Assembly (NCBI GenBank): GCA_034780895.1 | Contig: JAUZTB010000084.1 | Span: 5,044,715 to 5,108,714, forward strand | Direction: 5' to 3' | DNA: 64,000 bases | Source of the DNA: Rhynchobatus australiae | Taxonomy: Eukaryota | Shown: in pieces, positions 24,761 to 37,264 of the stretch | Numbering within the stretch: the stretch's first letter is position 1 | Layout: each line of letters begins with the position of its first letter | The notes under the pieces: generated by a model | What the model was told of the DNA's origin: nothing | The model's database searches: none | Seen by the model: the letters and a program-made list of their open reading frames with translations, nothing else | Made by a program: the position numbers and the translations under genes

Positions 24761-25472
24761 CTCTGGCATCCAATGCATTGAATAGCAGGCTACCAATGAG
24801 CAACAACCAAACTGCTGGAGGAACTCAGCGGGTCGAGCAGCACCTGTGGAAAGGAAAGGAATTGTCAACGTTTTGGGTCAAAACCCTGCATCAGGACTGG
24901 TCAACCCACTGGATTCCTCCTGCAGATTGTTTGTTGCTCCGGATTCCAGCGGTCCACAGGGACAGGAGAAACATCCTGAAGATGCTTCATGTCCAGCTGA
25001 GAGAGTAGACAGAACCTTGGTTTATGCCTCCTCTGAAAGACCCCACCCCTGACAGTGCAACACTCCCACAACCTCCTCCCACAGGGATGAGCACTCCACA
25101 CTCTTCTCCTACACCGTACCCAGGCACTGGTTTCTGAACAACTTGTGTGCATGCTGACCCTCAGCTTCATTAGTTGTGAGTCTCCCACTGGTTAGGGAGT
25201 GTTCCACAGTCTGCGGGTCACCATGGATTCACACTTCCTCATGTTGAGCTCACAATGTCATTGTAACTTGCTGTAAAAGCTTTTCTCACCATCGGTATTC
25301 TGAACATTAATAACCAAATGTTCAAAGGAAATGGAAAATTTAATGTTAATCCACTCATCTATTTTGTGCTGGGCTTGTGTGTGAGAGATGCTTACTGCTG
25401 AAGGGGTGGGAGGGAGAGGGGAGGGCATGCTGATGCACTGACACCCCTTTCCCCTCTCCCTGTCACACACAG

Positions 25473-25634
25473 ACCGGCCGGAGATGGAACGAGACCTCTG
25501 CTGGAAGCATGTCAACAACGACTTCACGTGCAGCCACCCCATACTGGGGTATCACACCACCTTCTCGGAGTGCTGCTGCCAACACGGCCAGGCCTGGGGA
25601 CTGGACTGCCACATCTGCCCTCCCAGAATGTCAG
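25473..25634 (+). CDS. LTBP3: LTBP3 exon: TB4 domain (DRPEMERDLCWKHVNNDFTCSHPILG...CCCQHGQAWGLDCHICPPRMS)
   Basis: cacag|...G|gtgag, 162 nt, CCC motif of a TB domain. Confidence 0.95.
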
Positions 25635-25867
25635 GTGAGGCACGGTACACCCACACTGCAACATTCCTGCTGAGGGAGACAAACCGCAAATGGGGGAGAC
25701 CCTTCCTCAAGGGTCAGACTCAGGACATCTGTGTCTGTGAGCTCAGTCCCCCAGTCTCAGTCACCTCACATGCAGTGACAGGACAGGGATCTGATGTCCA
25801 CCCATACAAAGAAAGGAAAGGAAGCTCCACTGATCCCACAAGGGGCAGCAGTCACCCTTGGTGTCAG

Positions 25868-26775
25868 AGTCGAGTTTATTGTCATGTGCACCAGTACATG
25901 TGAGCACAGGTGCAGTGAAAAGCTTACTTGCAGCAGCAGCACAGGCACATAGTATCATATAAGCAGCATTCACAAGAAGGATGTAGATTAAACATAAATT
26001 ATACACAATTTTTACAAGAACACAATTAGAACAAAAAAAAACAAGGTCCATTTTAGTGCAAAGTGGTCATAGTGTTGCTAAACTGTAGTGATTAGGGTTG
26101 TGCCAGTTGGTTCAAGAACCCAGTGCCTGAAGGGAAGTAGCTGTTCTTGAACCTGGTGGTGTGAGACTTCAGACTTCTGTACCTGCTGCCCAATGGGAGC
26201 TGCAAGATGATGGCGGCCCGGATGGTGGGGATCTTTGATGATGGATGTTGCCTTCTTGAGGCAGCGCCTCCTGTAGATACTCCCAATGGCGGGGAGGGAT
26301 GTGCCCGTGATATATTGGGCTGAGTCCACTTCTCTCTGCAGCTTCTTATGTTCTTGCACATTCGAATTGCCGTACCAGACCACATTGCAACCAGTCAGGA
26401 CACTTTCGACAGCACATCTGTAGAAGTTTGTTTGAGTGTTCGGTGACAAACCGAACCTCCTTAACCTCCTAAGAAAGTTAAGATGCTGACGCACTTTCCT
26501 TGAGATTGCATCTATGTGCTGGGCCCAGGCCAGGTCATCCGATATGTTAACACCCAGGAATTTGAAGCTGCTGACTCTCTCCACCACTGATCCCCCAGTG
26601 CAGACTGGCACATATTCGCCCTCCTTCCCCTTCCTGAAGTCAACAATCAGCTCTTTCGTTTTACTGACGTTGAGTGAGAGGTTGTTGTTGCAGCACCACT
26701 CATCCAGGTGTCCTAGCTCGGTCCAGTATACTGACTCATTGCCACCTGTAATTCGTCCAACAGCTGTGGTATCCC
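25868..26775 (-). mobile_element. Rex/Babar-type LINE, about 0.9-kb 3' fragment with frameshifts
   Basis: VERVSSFKFLGVNISDDLAW..FLRRLRRFGLSP..FYRCAVESVLTGC..WYGN. Confidence 0.85.
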
Positions 26776-27162
26776 TGTAGTGTATAGGGAATAAGAAAAT
26801 TGATCTGGCTTCCTGCTGTGAGATTTATCTTAATGGAGTTTTCTGGTGATGCACCAATCATCGAATTGTGTGTCAGCACTGAAGTTGCCCCAGTGGCTGT
26901 ACTTTTCCCCTTTTGATTGAGAAGGTCCCAGGTTCAGATCCTACTCTATCAGGACACTGGGACTTGAGGAACCCAGTGGCATTCACTCTGAGGTGGATGA
27001 ACCAAGAACCAGGCACTAGCGAATGAAGGGCTTCTGGCAACGAGCTGGATCCACCTTCCTGCTGACTGACTGACCTCTCTGGGTTGGCCAAACCCAAAGG
27101 TGTTCACAAACCAACAGGCCGTGGCACTCGGTCCACTAAAACAAGGTCCTCATCTTTTACAG

Positions 27163-27270
27163 CCAACTTCCCCCACTTGTGCAACGGCACTCGGTGGGTT
27201 CCACTGCGTCCAGGACGACGGGCGGATCGGAGCAGGAGAGAGCAGATAGATACATCACAGAGCAGTGACG
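27163..27270 (+). CDS. LTBP3: LTBP3 exon: last Cys of TB4 plus basic linker (ANFPHLCNGTRWVPLRPGRRADRSRREQIDTSQSSD)
   Basis: cttttacag|...G|gtgag, 108 nt in phase 1-1; supplies the 8th TB cysteine. Confidence 0.82.
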
Positions 27271-27564
27271 GTGAGCAAGTTCTGGTGATCCCTTTCTCTC
27301 CACAGTCTCATCACGCAACAACTTGCATTGACATAGAACCTTTAAGATAGTTAAACACCCCAAGGATTCACTGGAGCAAATGGCAGTATTCAACTCCAGG
27401 GTGTGTAAGGGGATACTCCAGTCAATAATGAAAAGATTGGTCAGAGAGGGCAGTTTTAAGGAAGAGAGTCTTAAAAGGGGAGAGAGGGAGGTGGAGATGT
27501 TTACGGAGGTCAGGGATTTTCAACCTTTTACCACAGTGGCCACTTATGTCTCAACGTGTTATAG

Positions 27565-28085
27565 TTATAGAGCAATACAGCACAGATACAGGCCCTTCGG
27601 CCCAACCGGTCCATGCCGACCATGGTGTCTACCCAGCTAGTCCCAATTTCCTGCATTTAGTCCATATCCATCTAAGCCCTGCCCCTCCATGTACCTATCC
27701 AATTGCTTCTTAAATGATACTATTGTACCTGCTTCAACCACTTCCTCCGACAGCTCATTCCATATACCCACCACCCTCTGCATGAAAAAGTTGCCCCTCA
27801 GGTCCCATTTAAATCTTTCCCCTCTCATCCTAAACCTATGCCCTCTAGTTTTAGACTCCCCCTATCCTGGGGAAAAGACTGTTACTATCCACCTTATCTA
27901 TGCCTCTCATAATAAACACGTCCATAAGGTCACCCCTCATTGTCCTATGTTCCAAGGAGTAAAGACCTAGTCTGGCCAACTTCCCCCTATAACTCATGTC
28001 CTCGAGTCCTGGCAACATTCTCGTAAATCTGCACTATTTACAGTTTAATCACGTCTTTTCTATAACAAGGTGACCAAAACTGTAG
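27565..28085 (-). mobile_element. CR1 3' fragment
   Basis: RGERFKWDLRGNFFMQRVVGIWNEL. Confidence 0.85.
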
Positions 28086-29105
28086 TCTGCATCCATACAA
28101 CTTAATCCCTGTGTATCCATTTATAAAATGTTTTTATCTAACTGTGATGCAATATTTTGCAATACCTCTCATTTTTTTTGTGGATAAAGTCTATTGAGTC
28201 TGTGCTCAGCAGTACGCTGACTGGGTATGTGTGGCCTTAGATTCAGAACCACTGACCTAGGGTTATGGCATTTGAAGGCATGGTTATCAATGGTGCAAGG
28301 GTCAACACTGGGACCTCACAAGAGGACAGAATTGGAGGAGCACAGAGGACCAAAAGAATTGGAGAGCCAGGATGGTTTGGGGACATGGCAATATCCAACT
28401 GAAAACATCCCACTCCCCATTCCAAACTGTTGAGCTCCCTAAGAGTGAAAAGGAGAGTGAGATAGAGAGACAGGAAGGCAGCAATAGAAAGAAAACCAGA
28501 GATAAGGAAACAAGATAACAGAGATAGAGGGACACAGAGAAAGAAAACAGAACCTAACTGAAGAGAGCAGTAGAATCTTTTAATTTTTGTGTGCAATATT
28601 ACATTTTAACTGCAACTAAACTCCACACTGAACATTCCCGATTAACTTGTCCATCGGAGAACAGTGAGCTCCAAATCCAACTGTCCTCCAAGATAATGCG
28701 CAAGATTTTAAAAAAAATTCTGGAGGAAAGAAAAAAGCCAGAGAGGTCTGGGAATGCAAAAAGCATAAAAGGTGTGTGAAGGGAAAAATGAGGAAGAGAG
28801 CAAAAGGAGAATGGGATGGAAAAGAGGGGAAAGGGAGAGATAAAGATAATGGGAATAGGTTTTGACCTGCTACCTCTTGTAATTGCTTGCAGAAGTAGAT
28901 TCCCTATCTACACACTGTAAGAAAACTTGAACCATTAATAAACACAATATTGAGAAGAAATCTTCCCTGCCCCAAATGGTACTAAGCCCAGGTACCTTGG
29001 CCAGCTTAGTACTGAAGTAAACTACCAAAACTATCAGCAAGGTGGACCGGGGTTCAGGCATGGTCAACACCATGAAGAGTTTTAACGATTTGCTTCACTG
29101 TGCAG

Positions 29106-29222
29106 ATAACAGTTCCTACGACGACTCCGATGAGTGTTCCTGCAGGCATGGGCGTTGTGTGCGAGGACGGAGGTGTGACTGCTATAAAGGCTTTCAGTTG
29201 GACAGCAGCGGAAAGTGTCGAG
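29106..29222 (+). CDS. LTBP3: LTBP3 exon: penultimate EGF (DNSSYDDSDECSCRHGRCVRGRRCDCYKGFQLDSSGKCR)
   Basis: tgcag|...G|gtatg, 117 nt; the DSDEC-x-C pattern is LTBP3-like. Confidence 0.92.
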
Positions 29223-30693
29223 GTATGTATAAAACTGGACAACTTATAATACAGGTTTATGAAGGGAAGGGTCCCTATTTACCTCAGTTTACACAAAACA
29301 TGACATAGCAATCAGTCGACCAGAGAGAGGAATTGTAAGGTGAGATCATTAAAATGCCTGATAGAGTATTTCTATCATGAATGAAGAATATACCTTCCCC
29401 CAAACCCCTTGAAAGGCAGATACAGCAAACATTGGATACTACCTCTACACCAACCCATAAAATACTTCAGCATCCTGGGTAGAGATCGCACAGATTAAAC
29501 ACCGAGTAACAGTTCTACACTGTCCCAGCAAACATTCCCAGGGCAGGACAGCACAGGCTAGATACAGAGTAAAGCTCCCTCTACAGTGTTGAACTTCCAT
29601 GGGAACTGGTATTTTGTTATTTGAGTTTCTTCTTCATGGTCTCCAGAGCAGCAATAGCACAGGTTAGATGCAGAGTGAGGCACTCTCTACACAGGCCTCT
29701 GAAGTATTCCTGGATGAAGCAGTGCATGGGTTTGATACTTCCAGGGCAGGGCTAACAGCTTGTACACTGAGGTTCACTGGAGGCCTTCCACTGTGGGCTG
29801 GAGTGCATCCTGACAAGGAGGATAATAGTTTAAATGTTTTGTTGATACTTTGATATTGTAAAACTAAATGAACATCATCTCCAAGGCCCCTTTTAAATTT
29901 AAAGGCCAAAAAATAAATAGAGAGTCAGGTTCTTTCTTCTGACATATGTCCACTCCAGAGGCCACAGTGTGCGACAAAGCCCACGACCACCATGCTTAAA
30001 ACCTACAGAAGAGGATTTGGACTGGATCTCAAGAGTGAAAAACGATTCTCACCCCAATTGGATCAGTGGCTGTAATCTGAACAGGAAAGATTTTCCCCAT
30101 TCGCGTCACTATTGGTTTCCCTGCTACCCAAGAGTGCTAGAATGTATCGGTGCCCTAAAACCACACCAAAAGTTAGTATGAGTCTGTAGTGATGGGTTAA
30201 AAGGGAGCTCCCTGCTCCATGAGTCCCACACATTATGAGGAGACCATGGAGCCAGTGGATCACATCTATCTGCTAAATAATTCTGGACTGGAGATAGAAT
30301 CAATGAATTGTTATAGAACTGGAGGTGGCCATCAAATTATCGCCTGCTCTATGTAGAGCAACCCAGTCAGTTCTACTCCCCTGTACTTTTCCAATATCTT
30401 ACATTTATTTTCCCATGTCCCATCCAGTTCTTTTCATTAAGACCTCGTTGTCTCTGTTCTCATAATGCTTAAGAGTCAAGTTTCAGATCATCACATTTTC
30501 TGTAAAGGAAGTGCTTCTCACACCCTCCTCTTATCATTTGCTCATGATTTTAGATCGGTATCTTGTGAACCTTGAATCATTCACTAATGTGAGCAGCTTA
30601 CCTCTATCTATGCTCCCAAAACCCATAACAATCTCGAACAGTCAAATTCCCTCTCAATCTTCTTTGCTTCGAGAACTACTCCAGTCTAATATT

Positions 30694-31030
30694 GGGCAGC
30701 ACAGTGGCATAGCAAGTGGAGCTGGTGCCTTACAGTGCCAGAGACCTGGGTTCAATGCTAACCTCGGATGCTGTGTGGAGTTCACATGTTCTCCCTGTGA
30801 CCGTGTGGGTTTCCTCCCACATCCCAAAGACATGCTGGTTGGTAGGTTAATCAGCCGCTGTAAATTGCCTCAAGTGTATGTGAGTGGTATAATCTATGGA
30901 GAATTGATCAGAATGCAGGGAGAATAAACAAAAAGGGATCAATGTAGGATGACTGTAATTGGGTGGTTTAATGGTTAGTGCGGGCTCCATGGGCCAAAAG
31001 GGCACAGTTTCCGTACTGTATCTTTGTATG
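30694..31030 (+). mobile_element. V-SINE with CR1-type tail
   Basis: Head, partial V-core and tail. Confidence 0.8.
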
Positions 31031-31164
31031 AGTCTTGTAGCTAAAACTCCCTCAACTTGGAATTATTAACTTTAAGAATTTTCACCTCCCATCCTAACAC
31101 TCGCCCTCCCTCAAATATTTATAAATGGCATCATGCAGATTGTTCATTGCTGTCTGGCCCACAG

Positions 31165-31316
31165 ATATCAACGAATGTCGTGAACGGCATCACAAGGGAT
31201 CCCTCTGCAAGAACGCAAGGTGTGTGAATACCCTGGGTTCGTACCGGTGTGTCTGCTTCCAAGGCTTTGTGCCAGAACGACGCCATGGAAGATGCATGCG
31301 GCGGAAGATGAGCTAG
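31165..31316 (+). CDS. LTBP3: LTBP3 last coding exon: C-terminal cbEGF ([20 protein letters not shown]...CMRRKMS*)
   Basis: cacag| acceptor, TAG stop at 31314-31316. Confidence 0.95.
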
Positions 31317-33180
31317 ACCACAGCACAGGCACAGAACCAAAGGCAAATAAAAACTCTTGTCCATTTTTTTTTGGCTGGACAGACCCTCGAAGGAATCGTG
31401 TATCAAACAATAATATTGAAAATATTTGTTTAACTTTTGGAAAGACGTATTTAATACTCTGAAAAAAGTGCAGGGGCAAAGATGCCTTATTTTACTGTCA
31501 TTACCTTTGGTTGGTGGAACTTAGTTGTCCAATTTGTCTTTTATATTGATTGTTTAAAAAAATTGCAAACAAGATTTGACACACTCAATATGGTGGCTAT
31601 TTTGACCACATGGACTCTTTAGTCCAGAAGGCTAAACCAAAGAACTCCTGGACAGTTAATAGATGGCACCATATATTTTCATCTCCAGAACATTTGACTA
31701 GACAGCCACTTCACAATTTGAATCAAAAGGAGAATTAAAGACGTTGGCAATGTCAATATGGTGGCAACAGAGGACGTCATCAGCTGCCTTATTGAGTGTA
31801 CTATTGGTATCGTAGAGACGGAGTGGCGACTGCCTGGAGCCACCACTACAGACTGGACTGTGATGTAGATATTAATAAAGGAAATGAAGCCACTGGCCAA
31901 TCAGTAATATGCAGCTTGAAGGTACAATGGCCCAAGCAACTTTTTTGTTCAAAAGATAGATACACAAGGGGAAACGTTCAATCCACAAATCCATTGCTGT
32001 TTTTTTTGTTCAGTTGGTTGTATGCTCCCTGAAATGTTGCAGTTACACAAAGACCTATGAACTACAGGTTCTGCTCTCACTGCAGGGCAAGAATGACCTA
32101 CTCCCAACGGAGCACCAGTGTCACTTATGGAGCCATTCTGTGGTTTACAGTCAAGAGCCAAACTTCCAGCAAGATGGTGGGGAGAGCATTATGTGGATGG
32201 CAGTGACGGCTGAAGGTCAAGGAGCTCTGCATATGTACGCAAATGAACAAGGATGGGACATTTGAGGAATGAGGATTACAGGGCTATTTACTGAGGACAA
32301 AATGGGACAGTTCAAAGAACTTATTATATAGAGAATAAGAGCCAAAGGAGATAGAATGGAGCCATGAGATGGTAATCAGTGATCTATCTCCAAAATATTA
32401 GCATTCACAGCTCTGGAGCAGCACTCCCTCTATGCATTTATTGTGTTAAGTACCTGCATTGAAGAAATTTTAATAAGCTTTCATACATTAAAAAAAAACT
32501 TGCCCACCTTCTCCCGCCAATTATCTTTTCCTAATGTTTAGTTCAACTGCCAGCCCTCCAATTGCCTGCCTCCTTCCTTNNNNNCTGATGTGAGCCTTGA
32601 GAATGTTATTTGGTTACAGACGGCATTACAGTCATGCCAAAATGATACTGCAAGCACTTGCAGCCAAACACCTACATATCCTTTGCTGAAGCAGCCTCTT
32701 CAAAGCATAGACCATGCTCTCCAATGTGTGCATAATTCCAATAGGCCACTCTCCTTCCATTTTAGGTGACAATGGTTGAAAGTATAGAGTGCGAGCATAT
32801 CCTGGCAGTGCTGTAGTTGCAGACTGTTGTGGATATCCCTTGCAGCTACCTGACTGACATATCCGCATCATTCACTCTCCTGTGCTGAAGGCCACTCTAC
32901 TGTGGAGTCTGCCATCTCCATTCTCTGTCCTCCTCTCCTGAGGTGCTGGGGTACAGTCAGTCTCAGATTTCCCTAACCAAACTGCTGCAGAATGTTCATC
33001 CAACTCTGCAAGGCTATTTGACAGTGGGCAAGAATAGTGACCCTGGTGGATCTTCCCCTCCCCAATACTGTGCTGTTGGGAATGTGCTGGGATTCTACAT
33101 GGGAATATATGAGAGAAGAGAATGAGGCACAAGAGGCAACCAATCAAAATAAGAATCAAGAACAGCCTAAATGTCAAATA

Positions 33181-33186
33181 TTTATT
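33181..33186 (-). terminator. Candidate BRMS1 polyadenylation signal (AATAAA on - strand)
   Basis: About 640 nt after the stop codon, followed by a GU/U-rich downstream tract on the - strand. Confidence 0.55.
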
Positions 33187-33225
33187 TTAATAGATGTCTT
33201 TTTTTTAAAGTTTTGATAGATTTCC

Positions 33226-33231
33226 AATAAA
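33226..33231 (+). terminator. Candidate distal LTBP3 polyadenylation signal AATAAA (others at 31346 and 31874)
   Basis: AATAAA preceded by a U-rich tract. Confidence 0.4.
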
Positions 33232-33828
33232 CTTTTTATCCACGCGATCTCTATGGTTTTAGTGCTCAGGACTCCAGTATAAGGTCAGTCCATTTTTTAA
33301 AAAGTGCTGTACAATTAATTGAAGGCTGTATCCACAGACAAGCTCTACCATGTAACTGGAACCCATAAAGCACCGGCTGGATACAGGCTCCCACTGGGTC
33401 TTTTAGTCTGTGGCTAACATCGAACACAGATATGAGTCTTAGTGCAGGGTAGTCACCAAAAGAAAAACAAAGGGAAAAGTGCTAGAGTATTCTCTTGGCT
33501 TCGCTATTCATGAATCTCGCTAGTAATCTGGAGAGGAGGCACTGGGGGAATTCTGTTAATCCGGCCTCCCCAAAGCCGGGTGTTTTCCCAAAGGTTTTTT
33601 TAAACTCTGGCTGTCAGAGTGAGGATGTCATTTGCACATAGTCCTCTAACAGTGACATTGGTTTGCCAGTTTCTGTGCTTGTTATAGCAAGTTTCCACCA
33701 ATCTTCCACATAAAACCCTGGATAGAAGGTTGCTTATCAAGAAGTACTTCTCATATACAGCAATTGATATATTTTTTTTGCAATTAATAGAGCCTCCCCT
33801 TAGGGCTCCGACAGGTTAGTGTCAAAGT

Positions 33829-33946
33829 TCATGCCTTGTGGATGGAGTATTTCCCTTTCTGAAGCTGGCTGACGTACAACTTGGTTTTGCTGCCATCTGA
33901 ACGACGAAGCCAGACCTCTCCCGTGCTGACAGCAGTGATCATTGCA
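33829..33946 (-). CDS. BRMS1: BRMS1 last coding exon ([38 protein letters not shown])
   Basis: ctcttccag| acceptor, TGA stop, 118 nt; [17 protein letters not shown] motif of BRMS1L/SUDS3. Confidence 0.93.
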
Positions 33947-35262
33947 CTGGAAGAGGAGAAAGAATAGTGTCTGTCAGAAAGATGCCAAATGAGCTGATCC
34001 AGGTCTATCTAACACACCGATAGCTTGCTGTGCAAGTCCCAATTGGGTGGTTCTACCACCTGATCTCAGTGGGGCAGAAGGAGCTCTGTCCAATCCTGAA
34101 ATGTTCCAACAGAAGATGTACTCACCAGGAAGACATTGGGTTCAAGTGCCCAGTCCTGGTGGACCACAGCTCCATGAGCAGCAGAAGCTGCTACCCTCCA
34201 GAATCACTGTGCACAGTATCATCAGGGGGTGCAAATATGGATGACATCAAAATCAACCACTTGGACCCTCACTCAATGTTCAGAAGCTGGACATTGATCA
34301 GGAACAGGAAGACTGGCTAGCTTTTGTCTAGCCCAGAGATACTATTCCCAATTAATGTACTCCTATTGCCTCAGCGAGGAGGAGATAGAAGAGCAAACAG
34401 AAACACAAGGTGCCTGATTCACTCTATACTGTCTACATCCATGGCACTGTGCCAAGCTGTGCTGTAGATGGTGCACATGGCAATGTATCCAAAAGGTAGC
34501 CAGCCTAACGCTGTGCAGCTCCGAGTTTTAATAACATACTGCTAATGTAAAGACCACTACTAGAAAGAGAACAATTAGGTTGAGGAAGGGCATCTAAAAA
34601 CAAAGATTTACAAGGTGGAGTTGAGGGAGAGGAGTTCCACGGAGTGATTGAGAAAAGCTAATGGTGTACTGAAAAGGGGAATGCTGAGTGTACAGCTTTG
34701 TGCAATTGGAATGGTTGTTATGATGGGCTAACAGGAACTTGTCCACAAACATACAGCCAGAGACTCAGGAATTGTTAGTGAGGGATTTTCACCAAGGCAG
34801 AACATGAATACTGTAAGAAAGAAATGGGTCTCAAGTTTAGGCCTGGTTGTGATAAAGGCCTCCTATGATTGTTGAGCAAGGGCTAATCTCTCTGGTGAAC
34901 AGTTGGGAGCTTCAATACACACTATGGAGTGCTGAGTTAGTTAATTTCTTACTGGGTAAGAATATATCAATATATTCATTAAGTCCTAAATTAGCAAGGG
35001 TGTGCAATCAGCCAAGATTCCTGTACTGAATGCAATCCAGGTGAATCCTGGAGAAACACATGAAATGCTGCCTGAGTGAGTAAATTAGGCAAGTACAGGG
35101 TCGTTCTCAGCTCCCTCCCATGCTGATGGTGTGCGGCCTCACACTAGCAGATTTGGGCAAGATAACAGGAAACATTCCTCAAACCTATGCGTTCACAGTG
35201 TGGGTGGGAAGTGTGAGAGAGGGAAATACATAATCACTAATTCTGAGTGTAAGAATGCTTAC

Positions 35263-35389
35263 TGTGAGGGCATTTCATCCTTCATCTCCAGTACAATGCT
35301 CTGCCCTTTGGAGTACCAGTCTCCCTCGTAGAACAGTCTGCCATCTTCGCACTTGGCCATGTATAAATGCTTCTCCTGTTTAGGCAGCA
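35263..35389 (-). CDS. BRMS1: BRMS1 exon, C-terminal domain part 1 (VLPKQEKHLYMAKCEDGRLFYEGDWYSKGQSIVLEMKDEMPS)
   Basis: aacag|...CA|gtaagc, 127 nt, phase 1 to 2; similar to the BRMS1L/SUDS3 C-terminus. Confidence 0.9.
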
Positions 35390-36299
35390 CTGTTTGGGGC
35401 AGGGTTCGGTGAAGAAAAATCAGACCTGTTACAAACTCTTTATTTTTTACTTTGCAATCTTAGATTCCTTTCCATTTTTGTAAAATCCACTTTCACTACC
35501 ATGCAAAATTAGCAACCATTACAACCGAGCATTGTCTAGTGGATAGCTCCCTCCTGTCATAAGTCAGAGTTCTGTCTGTTTGAGTCCTACTCTGGGAATC
35601 TGGAGCAGCACCGAGGAAATATGGCTCCGTTGAAGGTGACATCATTCAGCTGAATACCAAAGACCCCACAACACCACCGCAAAACGGTGCAGAAGAGTTT
35701 TCCCAGGTATCTGAGCCTAACAATTTTCCCCTTAACCACCACCATGCCAAAATAATGATTGCAAGGCTTGTGTTTGTGTGGTTTTGCCCTTTGCCAACAT
35801 TTTAAAGGTACTTGAATGTGAAGTTCTTCGGAACACTTCTGAGATGTGATGGATGGCTTCCTTACCACAGACTGAAGTGATGTTCGAAATTCCCAGAGCC
35901 TAGGCTGAGCTCAATAGGCTTTTACATTTACTGAGACATACAATGGGGAGTGGCAGTGATGAATGAGCAAATCCTCTGACTGCACGTGGATGTCAGGTGG
36001 AAACTGCGTCACATTTGGCTCCGATGCTACTTTATCTTTTGCTTATATTCCACCGCTCACTGCTTGGGCCCCCACACAGAGGAATGTTACTGAGCGGGGC
36101 ATGGAGTGTGTTGAAGGGCATATCTGCCCAGTTGGCACGACGGTCACTTAGGAAATCAATATGCCCTTTATTCAGCACAATGTCAGTCTCAACCACTAAG
36201 ACAGGTGAAATGGGAAATGGAATCTGGTCGGTCTTTTTTCATGATGTGTCATTGATAATAATGACAATAAACTGCAGGCTACATGGTGATATTGATTAA

Positions 36300-37050
36300 A
36301 TGGATAAAATAGGCAGAATAAGTGGTAAATGGAACTTAATCCTGAAAAGTACGAGGTGATGCATTCTGGGAGCACTAATAAAGTTAGAATGTACACAAAT
36401 GAATGGCAGGGTCCTTGGAAGTACTGAAGAACAGAGGGACTTTGGTGTACAAGTCCAAGGATTCCTGAAGGAGACAGCACAGGTAAATAAGGTGGTTAAG
36501 ACAGCATATGAAATACTTGCCTTCATTAGCCATGGCATAGAATTTAAGAGCAGGGAGGTTATGGTACAGCTCTATAAAACATTGGTTAGACTACAGCTGT
36601 CCTCAGTTCTGGTTGCCACACAAGAAGGATGTGATTGTACTGGAGAAAGTGCAGAGAATATTCACCAGGATGTTGCAAAGTGTTTCAACTAAGAAAGACT
36701 GTATAGGCTGGGTTTTGGTTTGCTTGAGGCAGTGGAGACTGAGTGGGGGTAGGGGGGTGGGTGGGGAATAGATAGGGTAGACAATAGGAAACTCTTACCA
36801 CAGTGGAGGTGTCTAAAACTAGAGAACACAGGTTTAGGTTAAGGGGTAAGAGAATATCAGAGTGGTGTTGAAATCTGGAACACTCTGCCTGTGTGAGTGG
36901 TGAAGATAGGTATATTTAAGAAGTATCTAGCACTTGAATTGCCAAGGCATTGAAGGCTATAGATCAAGTGTTGGTAAATGGGATTAGTACAGATGGGCCC
37001 TTGATGCATACACTTGGTTGAAGTGCTTGCTTCTGAGCTGTACGACTACA
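36300..37050 (+). mobile_element. CR1 LINE fragment
   Basis: QRDFGVQV..LAFISHGIEFKSREVMVQLYKTLVR. Confidence 0.85.
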
Positions 37051-37264
37051 TGAAAGAAAAATTCTTTATTAGATATGGTGTGGGAACAACTTACCTGAGT
37101 CACTTAAGAGCTGTGCTGAAACTTTGGCCTTCTTACCATGGGTTGCTTCAGAACCTGCACCTAGGAAATAAACATATGGAGGCTAAATTATCTTGAATTA
37201 CTACCCTGATACTGAATGGTCAATTTCAGGCATTGACCGAGGCCCACTGACACCCTTCACTTAC

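Larger units (their letters stand above)
265..31316 (+). other. LTBP3: LTBP3 gene, 3' portion (15 visible coding exons; 5' part lies upstream of the window)
   Basis: Chain of AG/GT-bounded, phase-1 exons encoding cbEGF and TB (8-Cys) domains in LTBP order. TB3 reads [20 protein letters not shown] and is followed by AEFHSLCPDGKGY; the C-terminus has DDSDECSC. All match human LTBP3 as I recall it. Confidence 0.92.

Noticed and set aside
25868-26775. Active retrotransposon ORF
   Set aside because: It is 5'-truncated and frameshifted; no intact LINE is present in the window.
6847-31316. Fibrillin, LTBP1, LTBP2 or LTBP4 as the identity of the + strand gene
   Set aside because: The TB3-EGF-TB4-2xEGF terminus is LTBP-type, and the EIYP, AEFHSLCPDGKGY and DSDEC-x-C motifs match LTBP3 specifically.
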